Made by a program: the position numbers and the translations under genes
Source of the DNA: an uncultured Verrucomicrobiae bacterium
GTDB lineage: Bacteria > Verrucomicrobiota > Verrucomicrobiia > Chthoniobacterales > UBA10450
DNA length: 64,000 nt
NCBI GenBank assembly: GCA_963815455.1
Contig: CAWFGO010000003.1
Coordinates: 64,001 to 128,000 of the forward strand
Reading direction: 5' to 3'
Notes under the pieces: generated by a model
Told to the model about the DNA's origin: nothing
Databases searched by the model: none
Seen by the model: the letters and a program-made list of their open reading frames with translations, nothing else
In this document: positions 52,435 to 61,512 of the stretch, one piece after another
How positions within the stretch are numbered: position 1 is the first letter of the stretch
Layout: every line of letters starts with the position of its first letter

Positions 52435-52462
52435 GAACAGCTCTCGTGATGCGTGTATCTAA
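52435..52462 (+). promoter_or_regulatory. Candidate ECF (sigmaE-like) promoter
   Basis: GAACAG-N17-TCTAA, 8 nt before the ATG at 52471. Confidence 0.3.
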
Positions 52463-52470
52463 GCATCCGC

Positions 52471-52785
52471 ATGATCAAAACTACGGTTTCAGCAATTGTG
52501 GCGGCGGCGATGTTCATCGGCTCGTCCGCATTCGCAGGTGACAAGGCGTGCTGCGCAAAGGGCGCTCATAATGACAAGGTGGCATGCGCGAACTTCGCCA
52601 GCCTCAATCTCACGGCCGACCAGAAGTCGAAGCTCGAAGCATGGCAATCGGATTGCATGAAGGCCGGTTGCACCAAGGAGAGCCGCGCTCAATTCTTGAA
52701 GCAGGCCCAGGGAATTCTTTCAGCCGATCAGTACGCAAAGCTAAAGGCGGAGTGCAGCAAGTCGGGGAAGAAAACCGAAGCGTAG
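52471..52785 (+). CDS. Small secreted Cys-rich protein with LTxxQ (Spy/CpxP-like) motifs
   Basis: Signal peptide; LNLTADQK and ILSADQY; six Cys. Confidence 0.8.
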   Translation: MIKTTVSAIVAAAMFIGSSAFAGDKACCAKGAHNDKVACANFASLNLTADQKSKLEAWQSDCMKAGCTKESRAQFLKQAQGILSADQYAKLKAECSKSGKKTEA

Positions 52786-52828
52786 TCGTCACTCGTCATC
52801 ATCGCTGGCGCAGCGGCTTGGCATTCTT

Positions 52829-52931
52829 GTCATGTCGAGCGAAGTCGAGACATTTCTCATTCCTCGCTTCGACCACAAGGATCTTAGTCCCAGCGAAAAG
52901 TAAGAGGTTCCTCGACTTCGCTCGGAATGAC
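52829..52931. repeat. GTCAT...ATGAC palindromic repeat, copy 4
   Basis: GTCATGTCGAGCGAAGTCGAG...CTCGACTTCGCTCGGAATGAC. Confidence 0.85.
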
Positions 52932-52965
52932 AGGATGGGAGCGTTGGCTCAGAAAAAAGCCGGTG

Positions 52966-54087
52966 TTAATCAGACAGCGCCTTCTCGAGCAGATCGGCCA
53001 GGCGCCAACCGGCTTTGTGCAGTTCTTCGCGAACGACGTTGGTTGCCCAGGCGCGGTATGTGGTTTTGCCGGACACCGCTTTCTCCACGACTTCACCCGA
53101 GGCTACTACGCGATCGTTGTCCGACAATGGCTTCACGTCCTTGAACTCGAGTCGCTCGTGCGCTTCGCGGGCGATCGGTAGAATCTCGTTGGCCCAAGCC
53201 TCGGCATATTTCCCGATGTCGATCCTGGCCGGCAATCGCCAGTTCTTCGGCTCGCTCGTGGCCATTTGGTGAACGAGCTTTCGCTTCAAGGGCTCGATCT
53301 TTTCCTGGAGTTCCTTTTTCGGCAACTTCTCCGGTATGTTTGGAAAAAGCGCGTTCACGGTATCGTTGTCCCAAAAGCCGTGAAATTTTTTCTTATGCTG
53401 GCCCCGCGTGCGCGGAGGATCATCGCTTAGCTCGATCGTAAATGTATTCCCGCCTTCGTCTTCCAATGCCGACTTGTCTTTTTCGGGATCGACGAGCTGA
53501 CCTTGCGCATCGAAATAGGCGGCGCCGACATGCAACGGCTGGTGAATATCGCCGACATAATGCGCGAGTAGAATGATGGCGATCGGCTTGGTGATCTTGC
53601 GTTCGTTGTCTTCCGGCACACGTCCCCGCAGCACATCCACGCAATACGGAATCATCTGCACCACGTCCCATTTAATCCGTCCCGCTTTGCCATCGCCATA
53701 GTTTTGCGGAGGCATGATTGGCACATCGGTGTAATGAAACCAATGATGCGACGGCGCCGCTGACTTGGAATCGTGTGTTGGCTGGTTGGCTTTCCAAAAC
53801 TCGCGCAATTGCTTGTCGATCTCAGGCCAGGCCGAATAATGGAATGCCTTCGGATCGTCCGGGCCATTTTTGTCCCAGCTCTTGATCAAGTCGGCCATGA
53901 CGGACGCTCTTTCCAAAGAGAGACTGCCGAGAAGCTCTTTCACCTTGCGGCCAGTCTCGGTGCCTGCCAGGCGTTCGTCGGCAATCGCCCCGACAATTTC
54001 ATGTCCGAGTGGGGCGTAGGCCTGGGCCGGTGTGGCAAACCGGACGGCAAAAATTGCCAGCAACGCGAAGTAGAAGCGCCTTCTCAT
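52966..54087 (-). CDS. Secreted S1/P1 nuclease
   Basis: GHEIVGAIA, MADLIK, WFHYTD, LAHYVGDIHQPLH, GGN, FHGFWD, AGWRLA. Confidence 0.9.
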   Translation of the reverse strand: MRRRFYFALLAIFAVRFATPAQAYAPLGHEIVGAIADERLAGTETGRKVKELLGSLSLERASVMADLIKSWDKNGPDDPKAFHYSAWPEIDKQLREFWKANQPTHDSKSAAPSHHWFHYTDVPIMPPQNYGDGKAGRIKWDVVQMIPYCVDVLRGRVPEDNERKITKPIAIILLAHYVGDIHQPLHVGAAYFDAQGQLVDPEKDKSALEDEGGNTFTIELSDDPPRTRGQHKKKFHGFWDNDTVNALFPNIPEKLPKKELQEKIEPLKRKLVHQMATSEPKNWRLPARIDIGKYAEAWANEILPIAREAHERLEFKDVKPLSDNDRVVASGEVVEKAVSGKTTYRAWATNVVREELHKAGWRLADLLEKALSD

Positions 54088-54169
54088 TTTGGAATCGGCG
54101 ACAATACGATTGAATCCGAGGTTGCCTAGAAAAATTCAAAAGAGCGTTCTGCGCTCGAATTTCCGCTCT

Positions 54170-54826
54170 TCACTCGACGATTCGAACGAGCGAATACGCG
54201 TATTCAAACGTGGTGCTGCGCGGTCGGGCCATGAGTGGTCCCGGCCCGAGTGGTTCATCTTCGCCGTAATAAAGATCGATCTGCCATCGCCGCAGGACGG
54301 CGCCGGTATCCGCAAGCTTCCAGCGAGTGCTACCGAAGGCCTTCTTCACAATGGGCGACGTCGTTTCAATAATCTGGCCAATGCGCAAAGCGCCTTGTCC
54401 CGACCTGGCGGCGGCGGAAAAACGCGGAGCCAGATTGACGCCGCCGCCGGCAGGGTGGGACGCGAACCGGTAGAAGTTCGCGCCGTCGTGACGGATGTAG
54501 TTCCGACCATCGACAGATGTAATCAGACGACCAAAGCCTTCCATCTTCACCGCGCGCAAAAAATCGCGCGGATACTTTCGCCCGTGCAACCCCGGTTGTG
54601 TGACCGGCGTGGCATCAAATCCTCGGGCGAACGTGAACCCGGATTCCACTGGCGTGTAGTAAAGCGTGCAGACCACGACGTATTCGCCGTGGTGGCCCTG
54701 GGGACGTCGCGCCAGTTTTTCGTTTTCCGACGCGACCCGCCGCACGACCTCCGGCCACGGAATTTCCGCGCGAAGCGCGGTTAACATCGACAACATGAAC
54801 GCGAAGATCAGCAGTCGGGTGAGCAT
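54170..54826 (-). CDS. Secreted protein with a 3D-domain-like C-terminus
   Basis: Signal peptide; TLYYTP; ADTG....QIDLYYG. Confidence 0.65.
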   Translation of the reverse strand: MLTRLLIFAFMLSMLTALRAEIPWPEVVRRVASENEKLARRPQGHHGEYVVVCTLYYTPVESGFTFARGFDATPVTQPGLHGRKYPRDFLRAVKMEGFGRLITSVDGRNYIRHDGANFYRFASHPAGGGVNLAPRFSAAARSGQGALRIGQIIETTSPIVKKAFGSTRWKLADTGAVLRRWQIDLYYGEDEPLGPGPLMARPRSTTFEYAYSLVRIVE

Positions 54827-54905
54827 TGGATTAATGACTGCGGCATAGCATCGGCAAAGATCACGCGCGACAAAGACATAATCCCGTTGATAATTTCCCT
54901 CTACT

Positions 54906-57767
54906 ATGAATCCGCCTTTTTTCCGTATTTCGCGACCGGGGTTGCTCATGCTGGGCGCGCTGCTCACGACCGCACTGTTTGCTCAGGAAACGCCGTCGCA
55001 TCGCCCGGCGGCAAAGACGTCTCCGAGCATCATGCCGCGTTCGGAATCGGGAGCGCCACCAAAGTCTTTGCCCACGAGTCCGAAACCGCAGCTTACTTCC
55101 GCCCCGGCTACATCGCCCGCATCAGGCGCGCCTGTGCTGAATGATGTGCTTTTCAAAAGTTTGAAGCCGCGTTCGATTGGACCGGCTGTCATGGGCGGGC
55201 GCGTGTCTGACATTGCGCTCGATCCTCATAACCCGTTTGTTTTTTACGTTGGCCTCGCCCATGGCGGTGTTTTTAAAACGGGAAATAACGGTGTGTCCTT
55301 CGATCCGATTTTCGACAAAGAGCCAGTTCTGTCGATCGGGGCCGTTGCCGTCGCTCCTTCCGATTCGGAAGTTATCTGGGTTGGTTCCGGCGAAGCGAAC
55401 GATCGAAACACGTCCGGCTGGGGCAATGGCGTTTACCGTACCACCGATGGCGGCGACAATTGGCAAAATGTCGGACTGAAGGAGAGCCGGGCCATTGGAC
55501 GGATCCGGGTGCATCCGACAAAACCGGAAGTGGCTTACGTCGCGGCCAGCGGCCCTCTCTGGACCGACGGAGACGAGCGCGGTCTTTTCAAAACGACTGA
55601 TGGCGGGAAAACGTGGAAGAAAATTCTGCAGGCCGCGGCGCCGCATGACGCCAGGACCGGGTGTGTCGATGTCATTCTCGATCCGTCAAATCCGGAAGTC
55701 GTTTACGCCGCGCTTTACGCCCGGCAGCGAACACCCTGGAGTTTTTCTTCCGGCCCCGAGGCGACCGGCGGCGTCGATGTTGGGGGGATTTTCAAGACCA
55801 CGAATGGCGGCGGTTCGTGGAAGAAACTCGCAGGCGGACTCCCGACTCAGACCGGCCGCATTGGATTGTCGATCTCCGAGAAGAATCCGAAGATCGTGAT
55901 GGCAATTGTGGAAAGCTCCGAGGGTGGCGCCAGCGACATAAACAGTTTTCGCAGTCGATCCGGTGGCGTTTTTCGATCCGAAGATGGCGGCGAAAAATGG
56001 ACCCGGGTCAGCGCGATCGACCCGCGCCCGTTTTATTTCAGCCAAATCCGGATCGATCCGTCGAACGATCAGCGGATCTATCTGTTGAGCTATGCGCTAC
56101 TGGTTTCCGATGATGGCGGTCGCAATTTTCGCGAAGATTTATTTGAAAAAGTGCACTCGGATTGTCACGCCCTAGTCATTCAGCCCGGCACGGCGCCTCC
56201 CGCGAAACCGGTCAAACTGGAAGACAAAGCCAAACCGCCGGCGACGCCGGTCTGTCAGCGTCTGTTGCTCGGTACCGATGGCGGGGTTTATCAAAGTTTC
56301 GCCGCGGGTAAAGGCTGGGATCATCTCAACAAAATTCCGGCCGGCGAATTCTACCGGATTACACTCGACGATTCGAAGCCGGATTACCGCGTGGCGGGTG
56401 GGTTACAGGATAACGAAAACTGGGTTGGACCGAGCGGCGTCCCGAGCAAGGAAGCCATCCGCAATTGCGATTGGACCGCCCTGGCCGGCGGCGACGGGTT
56501 CTATGTCGTGTTCGATCCGGCTGATCCCGACGTCTTCTACGCGGAAAGCCAGGAGGGATTTGTGCATCGGATTAATTTGCGCAATGGCGAACTGCGCGAG
56601 CTCCGCCCTGAACCGCCCGAAGGTCAACCCAGGTACCGCTTTCATTGGAACTCGCCCCTGATCGGTAGCCGGCACAAACCGGGTGTTCTCTATCTCGCGG
56701 GCAATCACGTTTTTCGGTTAACCGACCGGGCGGAGAAGTTCGCCGTGATCAGTCCCGATCTCACCCATAACGACCCGGCCAAGACGACAACGACCGGAAG
56801 CGGCGCGGAAAATTACGGCGTTGTTTATTCATTGGCCGAGTCTCCCAAGCGCGCTGGTTTACTGTGGGCCGGGACGGATGACGGCCGTCTCTGGATCACT
56901 GAGAACGACGGCGGCAACTGGACGGAGCTGACCAACAATCTGCCCGAGCCGGCGCGCGGACAATGGATTGTGCGAATTGAGCCAAGCTCGCATGATCCGA
57001 GCACCGCTTACGTGGTGACCAATGCTTATCGCGCAGGCGATGATCGGCCCATGGTCCTGCGCACAACCGATCTCGGCAAGACCTGGCAAAGCGTGGTGAG
57101 CGATCTTCCAGCCAACGCGCCGCTCGAAGTCGTGCGCGAAGATCCGGTTAGCCCGAAGCTGCTTTACGCCGGGACGCATTTCGGTCTGTTCGGATCGTTC
57201 GATCAAGGCGCGCACTGGGTCCGCATTGTCGATTTTCCAGCGGTGCGCGTGGACGATGTGCAAATTCATCCGCGCACGTCCGACCTGGTCGTTGGCACAC
57301 ACGGCCGCAGCATTGTCATTTTCGACGACACCGTTCCGTTTCGCGAGTTCACCCCGGAGATCGCGGCCAAGCCTGCGCACTTGTTCAGTGTGCGTTCCGT
57401 CACCGGCAGATATCTGAAGCCGGGCTATGTCGATTCCAACGGCAAAGGCATTTATCGCGGTGAAAATCCGCCGCCGGGCGCGATCCTAACCGTCTGGGTA
57501 AAGGAATTTACCGGCGACGAAATCAAGATCAGCGTGACAAAGGCCGACGGCCAACCGGTAGCCGAATTAAAATCGCCGGGTGCGCCGGGTTTTACTCGAT
57601 TAAACTGGGACCTGCGGCCGACCAAGGATTTTAGCATCGAATACGGCGGCGACGATCCCAAGCGGCTCTTGCCTGCCGGCGATTACAACGCCGAACTGAC
57701 GTTCGGCACATTGAAAGTGAAACAAAGTTTCCACGTCGATCTTGCCGAAGGAATCACCCCGCGCTGA
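54906..57767 (+). CDS. Secreted BNR/Asp-box beta-propeller (VPS10-like) protein
   Basis: RSIGPAVMGGRVSD; repeated (S/T)xDGGxxW Asp-boxes; GLQDN; GTHGRS. Confidence 0.92.
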   Translation: MNPPFFRISRPGLLMLGALLTTALFAQETPSHRPAAKTSPSIMPRSESGAPPKSLPTSPKPQLTSAPATSPASGAPVLNDVLFKSLKPRSIGPAVMGGRVSDIALDPHNPFVFYVGLAHGGVFKTGNNGVSFDPIFDKEPVLSIGAVAVAPSDSEVIWVGSGEANDRNTSGWGNGVYRTTDGGDNWQNVGLKESRAIGRIRVHPTKPEVAYVAASGPLWTDGDERGLFKTTDGGKTWKKILQAAAPHDARTGCVDVILDPSNPEVVYAALYARQRTPWSFSSGPEATGGVDVGGIFKTTNGGGSWKKLAGGLPTQTGRIGLSISEKNPKIVMAIVESSEGGASDINSFRSRSGGVFRSEDGGEKWTRVSAIDPRPFYFSQIRIDPSNDQRIYLLSYALLVSDDGGRNFREDLFEKVHSDCHALVIQPGTAPPAKPVKLEDKAKPPATPVCQRLLLGTDGGVYQSFAAGKGWDHLNKIPAGEFYRITLDDSKPDYRVAGGLQDNENWVGPSGVPSKEAIRNCDWTALAGGDGFYVVFDPADPDVFYAESQEGFVHRINLRNGELRELRPEPPEGQPRYRFHWNSPLIGSRHKPGVLYLAGNHVFRLTDRAEKFAVISPDLTHNDPAKTTTTGSGAENYGVVYSLAESPKRAGLLWAGTDDGRLWITENDGGNWTELTNNLPEPARGQWIVRIEPSSHDPSTAYVVTNAYRAGDDRPMVLRTTDLGKTWQSVVSDLPANAPLEVVREDPVSPKLLYAGTHFGLFGSFDQGAHWVRIVDFPAVRVDDVQIHPRTSDLVVGTHGRSIVIFDDTVPFREFTPEIAAKPAHLFSVRSVTGRYLKPGYVDSNGKGIYRGENPPPGAILTVWVKEFTGDEIKISVTKADGQPVAELKSPGAPGFTRLNWDLRPTKDFSIEYGGDDPKRLLPAGDYNAELTFGTLKVKQSFHVDLAEGITPR

Positions 57768-57795
57768 AGATAACAAATTCCCACGTGAAGAACCG

Positions 57796-58017
57796 TCATC
57801 GAAAGAGTTTCATGGCGAAATCGGGAAAATAAATGAGCAAGAGAAGGAAGGCTGCCGGCAATCCGATGAAGATGAGAAACAGAATCAGGCCAATTATACG
57901 CCGCTGCCGATCGATCCGGGTGTCGCTTCGGTCTATAGCCGATTCGCCCGATATTCGCGCGCGGATGTAATTCGACACCATTTCGACGATGTGCTGTGGT
58001 GATCCGAGGTAGCCCAT
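57796..58017 (-). CDS. Small hypothetical membrane protein (possibly a remnant)
   Basis: One strong C-terminal TM segment. Confidence 0.45.
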   Translation of the reverse strand: MGYLGSPQHIVEMVSNYIRARISGESAIDRSDTRIDRQRRIIGLILFLIFIGLPAAFLLLLIYFPDFAMKLFR

Positions 58018-58029
58018 CGTTGCCGGGAT

Positions 58030-58350
58030 TTACGTTATGGAAGGAGAGAGAGTCAGGCGATCGCTCTCCACGGCGAGTCTTGGACTGGCGAGACTGCGCT
58101 TTGCTTTCACTTTACCTTTTGGCCTTCGATTACGTCGGCAAGCGTGCGACGTATGTTCAATTTTGATAGTCAGGTTTGGCTTGATACCGGCTAGCGCAGG
58201 CAAGACGTGATTCAGGATCTGCTCGGCCGTCATTCGGAACGTTCGGCCACGGGCGCTGATCTTTACCCAACCGGTCTTGTCACGGTAATAGCGCTCAGTG
58301 AAGTTCTTGGTGCCAATCAAGATGACATAGCTGTCATTGGTGAGTTTCAT
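58030..58350 (-). CDS. Hypothetical basic protein
   Basis: MKLTNDSYVILIGTKNFTERY...TAEQILNHVLPALAG; ATG just after the upstream stop. Confidence 0.65.
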   Translation of the reverse strand: MKLTNDSYVILIGTKNFTERYYRDKTGWVKISARGRTFRMTAEQILNHVLPALAGIKPNLTIKIEHTSHACRRNRRPKGKVKAKRSLASPRLAVESDRLTLSPSIT

Positions 58351-58376
58351 ACGAATCGAATCATCAAAAACGGGCG

Positions 58377-60581
58377 TTATTTTTGCTCGAAGAGTTGCGG
58401 GCGATTGACGCGTTCGCCTTTGAAGAAGACGGTCGAGATTGTGGAGAGGGCGTGAACGTCCTGGAGCGGGTTTCCATCGACAATCAGCAGCGACGCTTCC
58501 TTGCCTTTCTCGATGGTGCCGATGCGGTTGTCGGCGCGGAGGAGTTTGGCGGCGTTGTTTGTCGCGGCTTGCAGTGCGACCTCGACCGGTATCCCGGCGG
58601 CAACCCAAAGCTCGATCTCACGTTGGACGGTCGGGCCGTGCATGACGAGGAAGTTGCCCGCATCGGAGCCGGTCACGAGCATCACGCCGGCGTGCCAGGC
58701 TTTGACCAGGTTGTTCCCGCCGATTTGCATCGACATCGGATAACGGCTGATGCCTTCACGCATTTTTTTGAATGGATCGTGGTCGCTGGTCGCGGCCTTT
58801 TCCGTTCCGGCGATCAAGTCTTTTGGCGTGACTTGTTGAACGAGCGATCGTTTGAGCGATGAGGTGTCGCCTTTGGCAAAGTTGGTAAAACCTTCAACCA
58901 CGCTCAACGTCGGATCGAACGTGATATTTTTCGTTTTCATCTCGGTGAACACTTCATCGGGAATTTCGTCGAGGAACGAGCCGTGTTCGACCGAGTCGGC
59001 GCCGAGCGCGACGGCATCGATGACGTCCCTGCCGTTCCCGGTATGAATGGCAACGGGAAGATGTTTCGCGTGCGCTTCATCGACGACGGCGCGCAGGAGA
59101 TTCAGGTCCATCCGATTAAACGTGTAACCGGGCACGCCCGCTTCCAGCACGCCTTTGATCGCATCGACATGTTGCGCGGCGAGGTCGTCCACTTCTTTGC
59201 GCGCTTCCTCGGCGGTCTTCGGGAGCCGGACAAACTGGGCATTGAACGAAGCGCGCATCGCTTCGGGCATGTATTTCGCATACTCGGTGCCGTGTCCGCC
59301 CCCGGCGGTGAAGAGGGGACCACAGAAAAATAATTCCGTCCCGAGTTTTTCGCCCGTCCCAAATGTCTTGCGCAATTCCAACATGGAATCGAGTCGATCG
59401 CCGACGCTGCGCACGGCGGTCACCCCGCAATACAAATAGGCTTCCAGCTCGTGTTCTGCGGACTTGTTTGGATCGAACTTTGTGGGATCCTCGGGGAATC
59501 CGCCACTCGCGCCCAAATGGACGTGCATGTCGATCAAGCCGGGCAGCACCGTTTTCCCGGCCGCATCGATCGCATCGGCGTTAAGGGACTTGGCCTCCGG
59601 GAAACTTCCTTCATAGACGTTCTCGATCTTGCCCCGCCGGATCAGCACCGCGCCGGATTCGATGACCTTTCCGTTCCCGACAAAGATGCGCGCGTTTTGG
59701 ATCAGCCAGGTCTGGTTGCGATTGAGATCGCGGTGAAGAACTTTTGCCTTGGTCAACTCCTGGCGGCTCCAGGCTTGATAGCCACCGAGGAAAAAGAACG
59801 GCAGAAGAACGACAAGGACCCACAGTTTGGCCGACGGCCGTAATTTCTCTTCCTTTTCCCACCGGAACAATTTCGTGGCGATAAATGTGCCAACCACCAC
59901 CGTGATCAGAAGCGCAAAAACAGATTTCAGATTTTGAAAGATCGATTCGCCGTGCTGGAGGATTCCGGACATGCCGGTCACGAGATAGCTCGCGGGGATG
60001 AATTGGGTGACGATCTGCAACCAATTGGGCATGATCGAGAGCGGAAACGTTGCGCCGCTGAGCAGCAGCATCGGCATATAAACGATTTGGATCAGGACGT
60101 TTGCTTCCTGCGAAGAGTTCACGACCGCTGCGATAATCAAGCCGAGCGCCCGAAAAGCGGCCGCGCCGAAGCAAACGAACACGAAAAGTGAAAACAGATT
60201 TGTCGGCACCGGCATGCCGTACATTTTGTGCGCTAGAAAAAGCATCAGCGCGACAGTGGGCAGATAGAGAATCACGCCCAGCGCAATCGAAGCGAACAAC
60301 AGCGGCACCGGCGTGATCGGGGTCACTTTGTACCGGCGCAAAATGTTTTCCTCGCGTTCCTGGACGGCGCGCATCCCCGCGCCGAAGAATCCGCTGCCGA
60401 GAATCCCGATCGTCGTCACCATCGTCACCACGAGCACAGCGGTCCCGCTTTGTTTCGCGCCGAACGCGTAGGCGAAAATAAAGAAGAACATCATCGGGAA
60501 GAGATAATTGAAGAACAGCACGGCGCGGTTCCGCATCGCGAGCTTGAGGTCGATCTTGAGAAACGCGAGAAAGGCTTTCAT
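58377..60581 (-). CDS. ABC-2 type permease fused to a metal-dependent amidohydrolase
   Basis: N-terminal permease (REENILRRYKVTP, LSGATFPLSIMP.WLQ, FRWE); C-terminal LPGLIDMHVH, AIKG, AIHT, VEHG, GSDAG. Confidence 0.92.
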   Translation of the reverse strand: MKAFLAFLKIDLKLAMRNRAVLFFNYLFPMMFFFIFAYAFGAKQSGTAVLVVTMVTTIGILGSGFFGAGMRAVQEREENILRRYKVTPITPVPLLFASIALGVILYLPTVALMLFLAHKMYGMPVPTNLFSLFVFVCFGAAAFRALGLIIAAVVNSSQEANVLIQIVYMPMLLLSGATFPLSIMPNWLQIVTQFIPASYLVTGMSGILQHGESIFQNLKSVFALLITVVVGTFIATKLFRWEKEEKLRPSAKLWVLVVLLPFFFLGGYQAWSRQELTKAKVLHRDLNRNQTWLIQNARIFVGNGKVIESGAVLIRRGKIENVYEGSFPEAKSLNADAIDAAGKTVLPGLIDMHVHLGASGGFPEDPTKFDPNKSAEHELEAYLYCGVTAVRSVGDRLDSMLELRKTFGTGEKLGTELFFCGPLFTAGGGHGTEYAKYMPEAMRASFNAQFVRLPKTAEEARKEVDDLAAQHVDAIKGVLEAGVPGYTFNRMDLNLLRAVVDEAHAKHLPVAIHTGNGRDVIDAVALGADSVEHGSFLDEIPDEVFTEMKTKNITFDPTLSVVEGFTNFAKGDTSSLKRSLVQQVTPKDLIAGTEKAATSDHDPFKKMREGISRYPMSMQIGGNNLVKAWHAGVMLVTGSDAGNFLVMHGPTVQREIELWVAAGIPVEVALQAATNNAAKLLRADNRIGTIEKGKEASLLIVDGNPLQDVHALSTISTVFFKGERVNRPQLFEQK

Positions 60582-60582
60582 A

Positions 60583-61512
60583 TCAGTCGCGCAGCTTTTT
60601 GCCGGTCAGCTCGATGAAAACGTCTTCCAGCGTCGGACGCGAAAGATGGACGTCGTCGAGCTCGAAGCCGTTCGTATCGACCCATTTCACCATTTCCACC
60701 AGTGTCCGGGCCGGTCGTTTGGAGTAAACGGTGATCCGATGTCGATCCTCGCTCACGACGCTGCGAATCGACTCGGACCATTGCGGCAACGTCGTGTCTT
60801 TGAGCGGTTGGGTTAAGGTGATCTCGATACTCGATTGGTTCGCGCTTTTCTCCTGCAACTCGCGCGGCGTTCCCAGGGCGATGATCTTGCCCGCATCGAT
60901 AATTGCGACCCGATCGCACAACCGTTCCGCTTCCTCAATGTAATGCGTGGTCAATAGGATGGTTTTTTTTTCCGCGCGCAATTCCTCGATCAGATCGCGA
61001 ATTTCGAGGCGAACTTGCGGATCAAGCCCGGTCGTAGGTTCGTCCAGAAAAAGCATTTGCGGATCGTTGATCAGAGCAAGCGCGAGCGCGAGCCGCTGCT
61101 TTTGTCCGCCCGAAAGCGTTGCGTAACCGGCGTCCTTCTTTTCTTCAAGCTGCAAACGCTTGAGCAACGCGTCGGCGTCCGCTTTGCGCGAGTAGAGCGA
61201 CCCGAAGAAATCGAGCGCTTCGCGCACGGTGATTTTATCGGGGAGATTCGTTGCCTGAAGACACGCGCCGATTCGGTCTTTCAGTTGCTTTTTCTGCCTG
61301 TCCGGATCGAAGTCGAGCACGCGCACATCGCCGGCGGTGCGCGGACGCAGCCCTTCGAGAATTTCAACCGTGGTCGTCTTGCCGGCGCCATTCGGCCCGA
61401 GCAAGCCGAACACTTCGCCGGCCGCGACTTCAAAATCGATTCCCTTTACGGCTTCGAGATTGCCGTAAGATTTTCGTAAGCCGCGAACGTAAATGGCGGA
61501 CGCGGAATTCAT
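60583..61512 (-). CDS. ABC-2 type ATP-binding protein
   Basis: GPNGAGKTT, LSGGQKQR, FLDEPTTGLDP; ATG at 61512 overlaps the lnt stop (ATGA). Confidence 0.95.
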   Translation of the reverse strand: MNSASAIYVRGLRKSYGNLEAVKGIDFEVAAGEVFGLLGPNGAGKTTTVEILEGLRPRTAGDVRVLDFDPDRQKKQLKDRIGACLQATNLPDKITVREALDFFGSLYSRKADADALLKRLQLEEKKDAGYATLSGGQKQRLALALALINDPQMLFLDEPTTGLDPQVRLEIRDLIEELRAEKKTILLTTHYIEEAERLCDRVAIIDAGKIIALGTPRELQEKSANQSSIEITLTQPLKDTTLPQWSESIRSVVSEDRHRITVYSKRPARTLVEMVKWVDTNGFELDDVHLSRPTLEDVFIELTGKKLRD

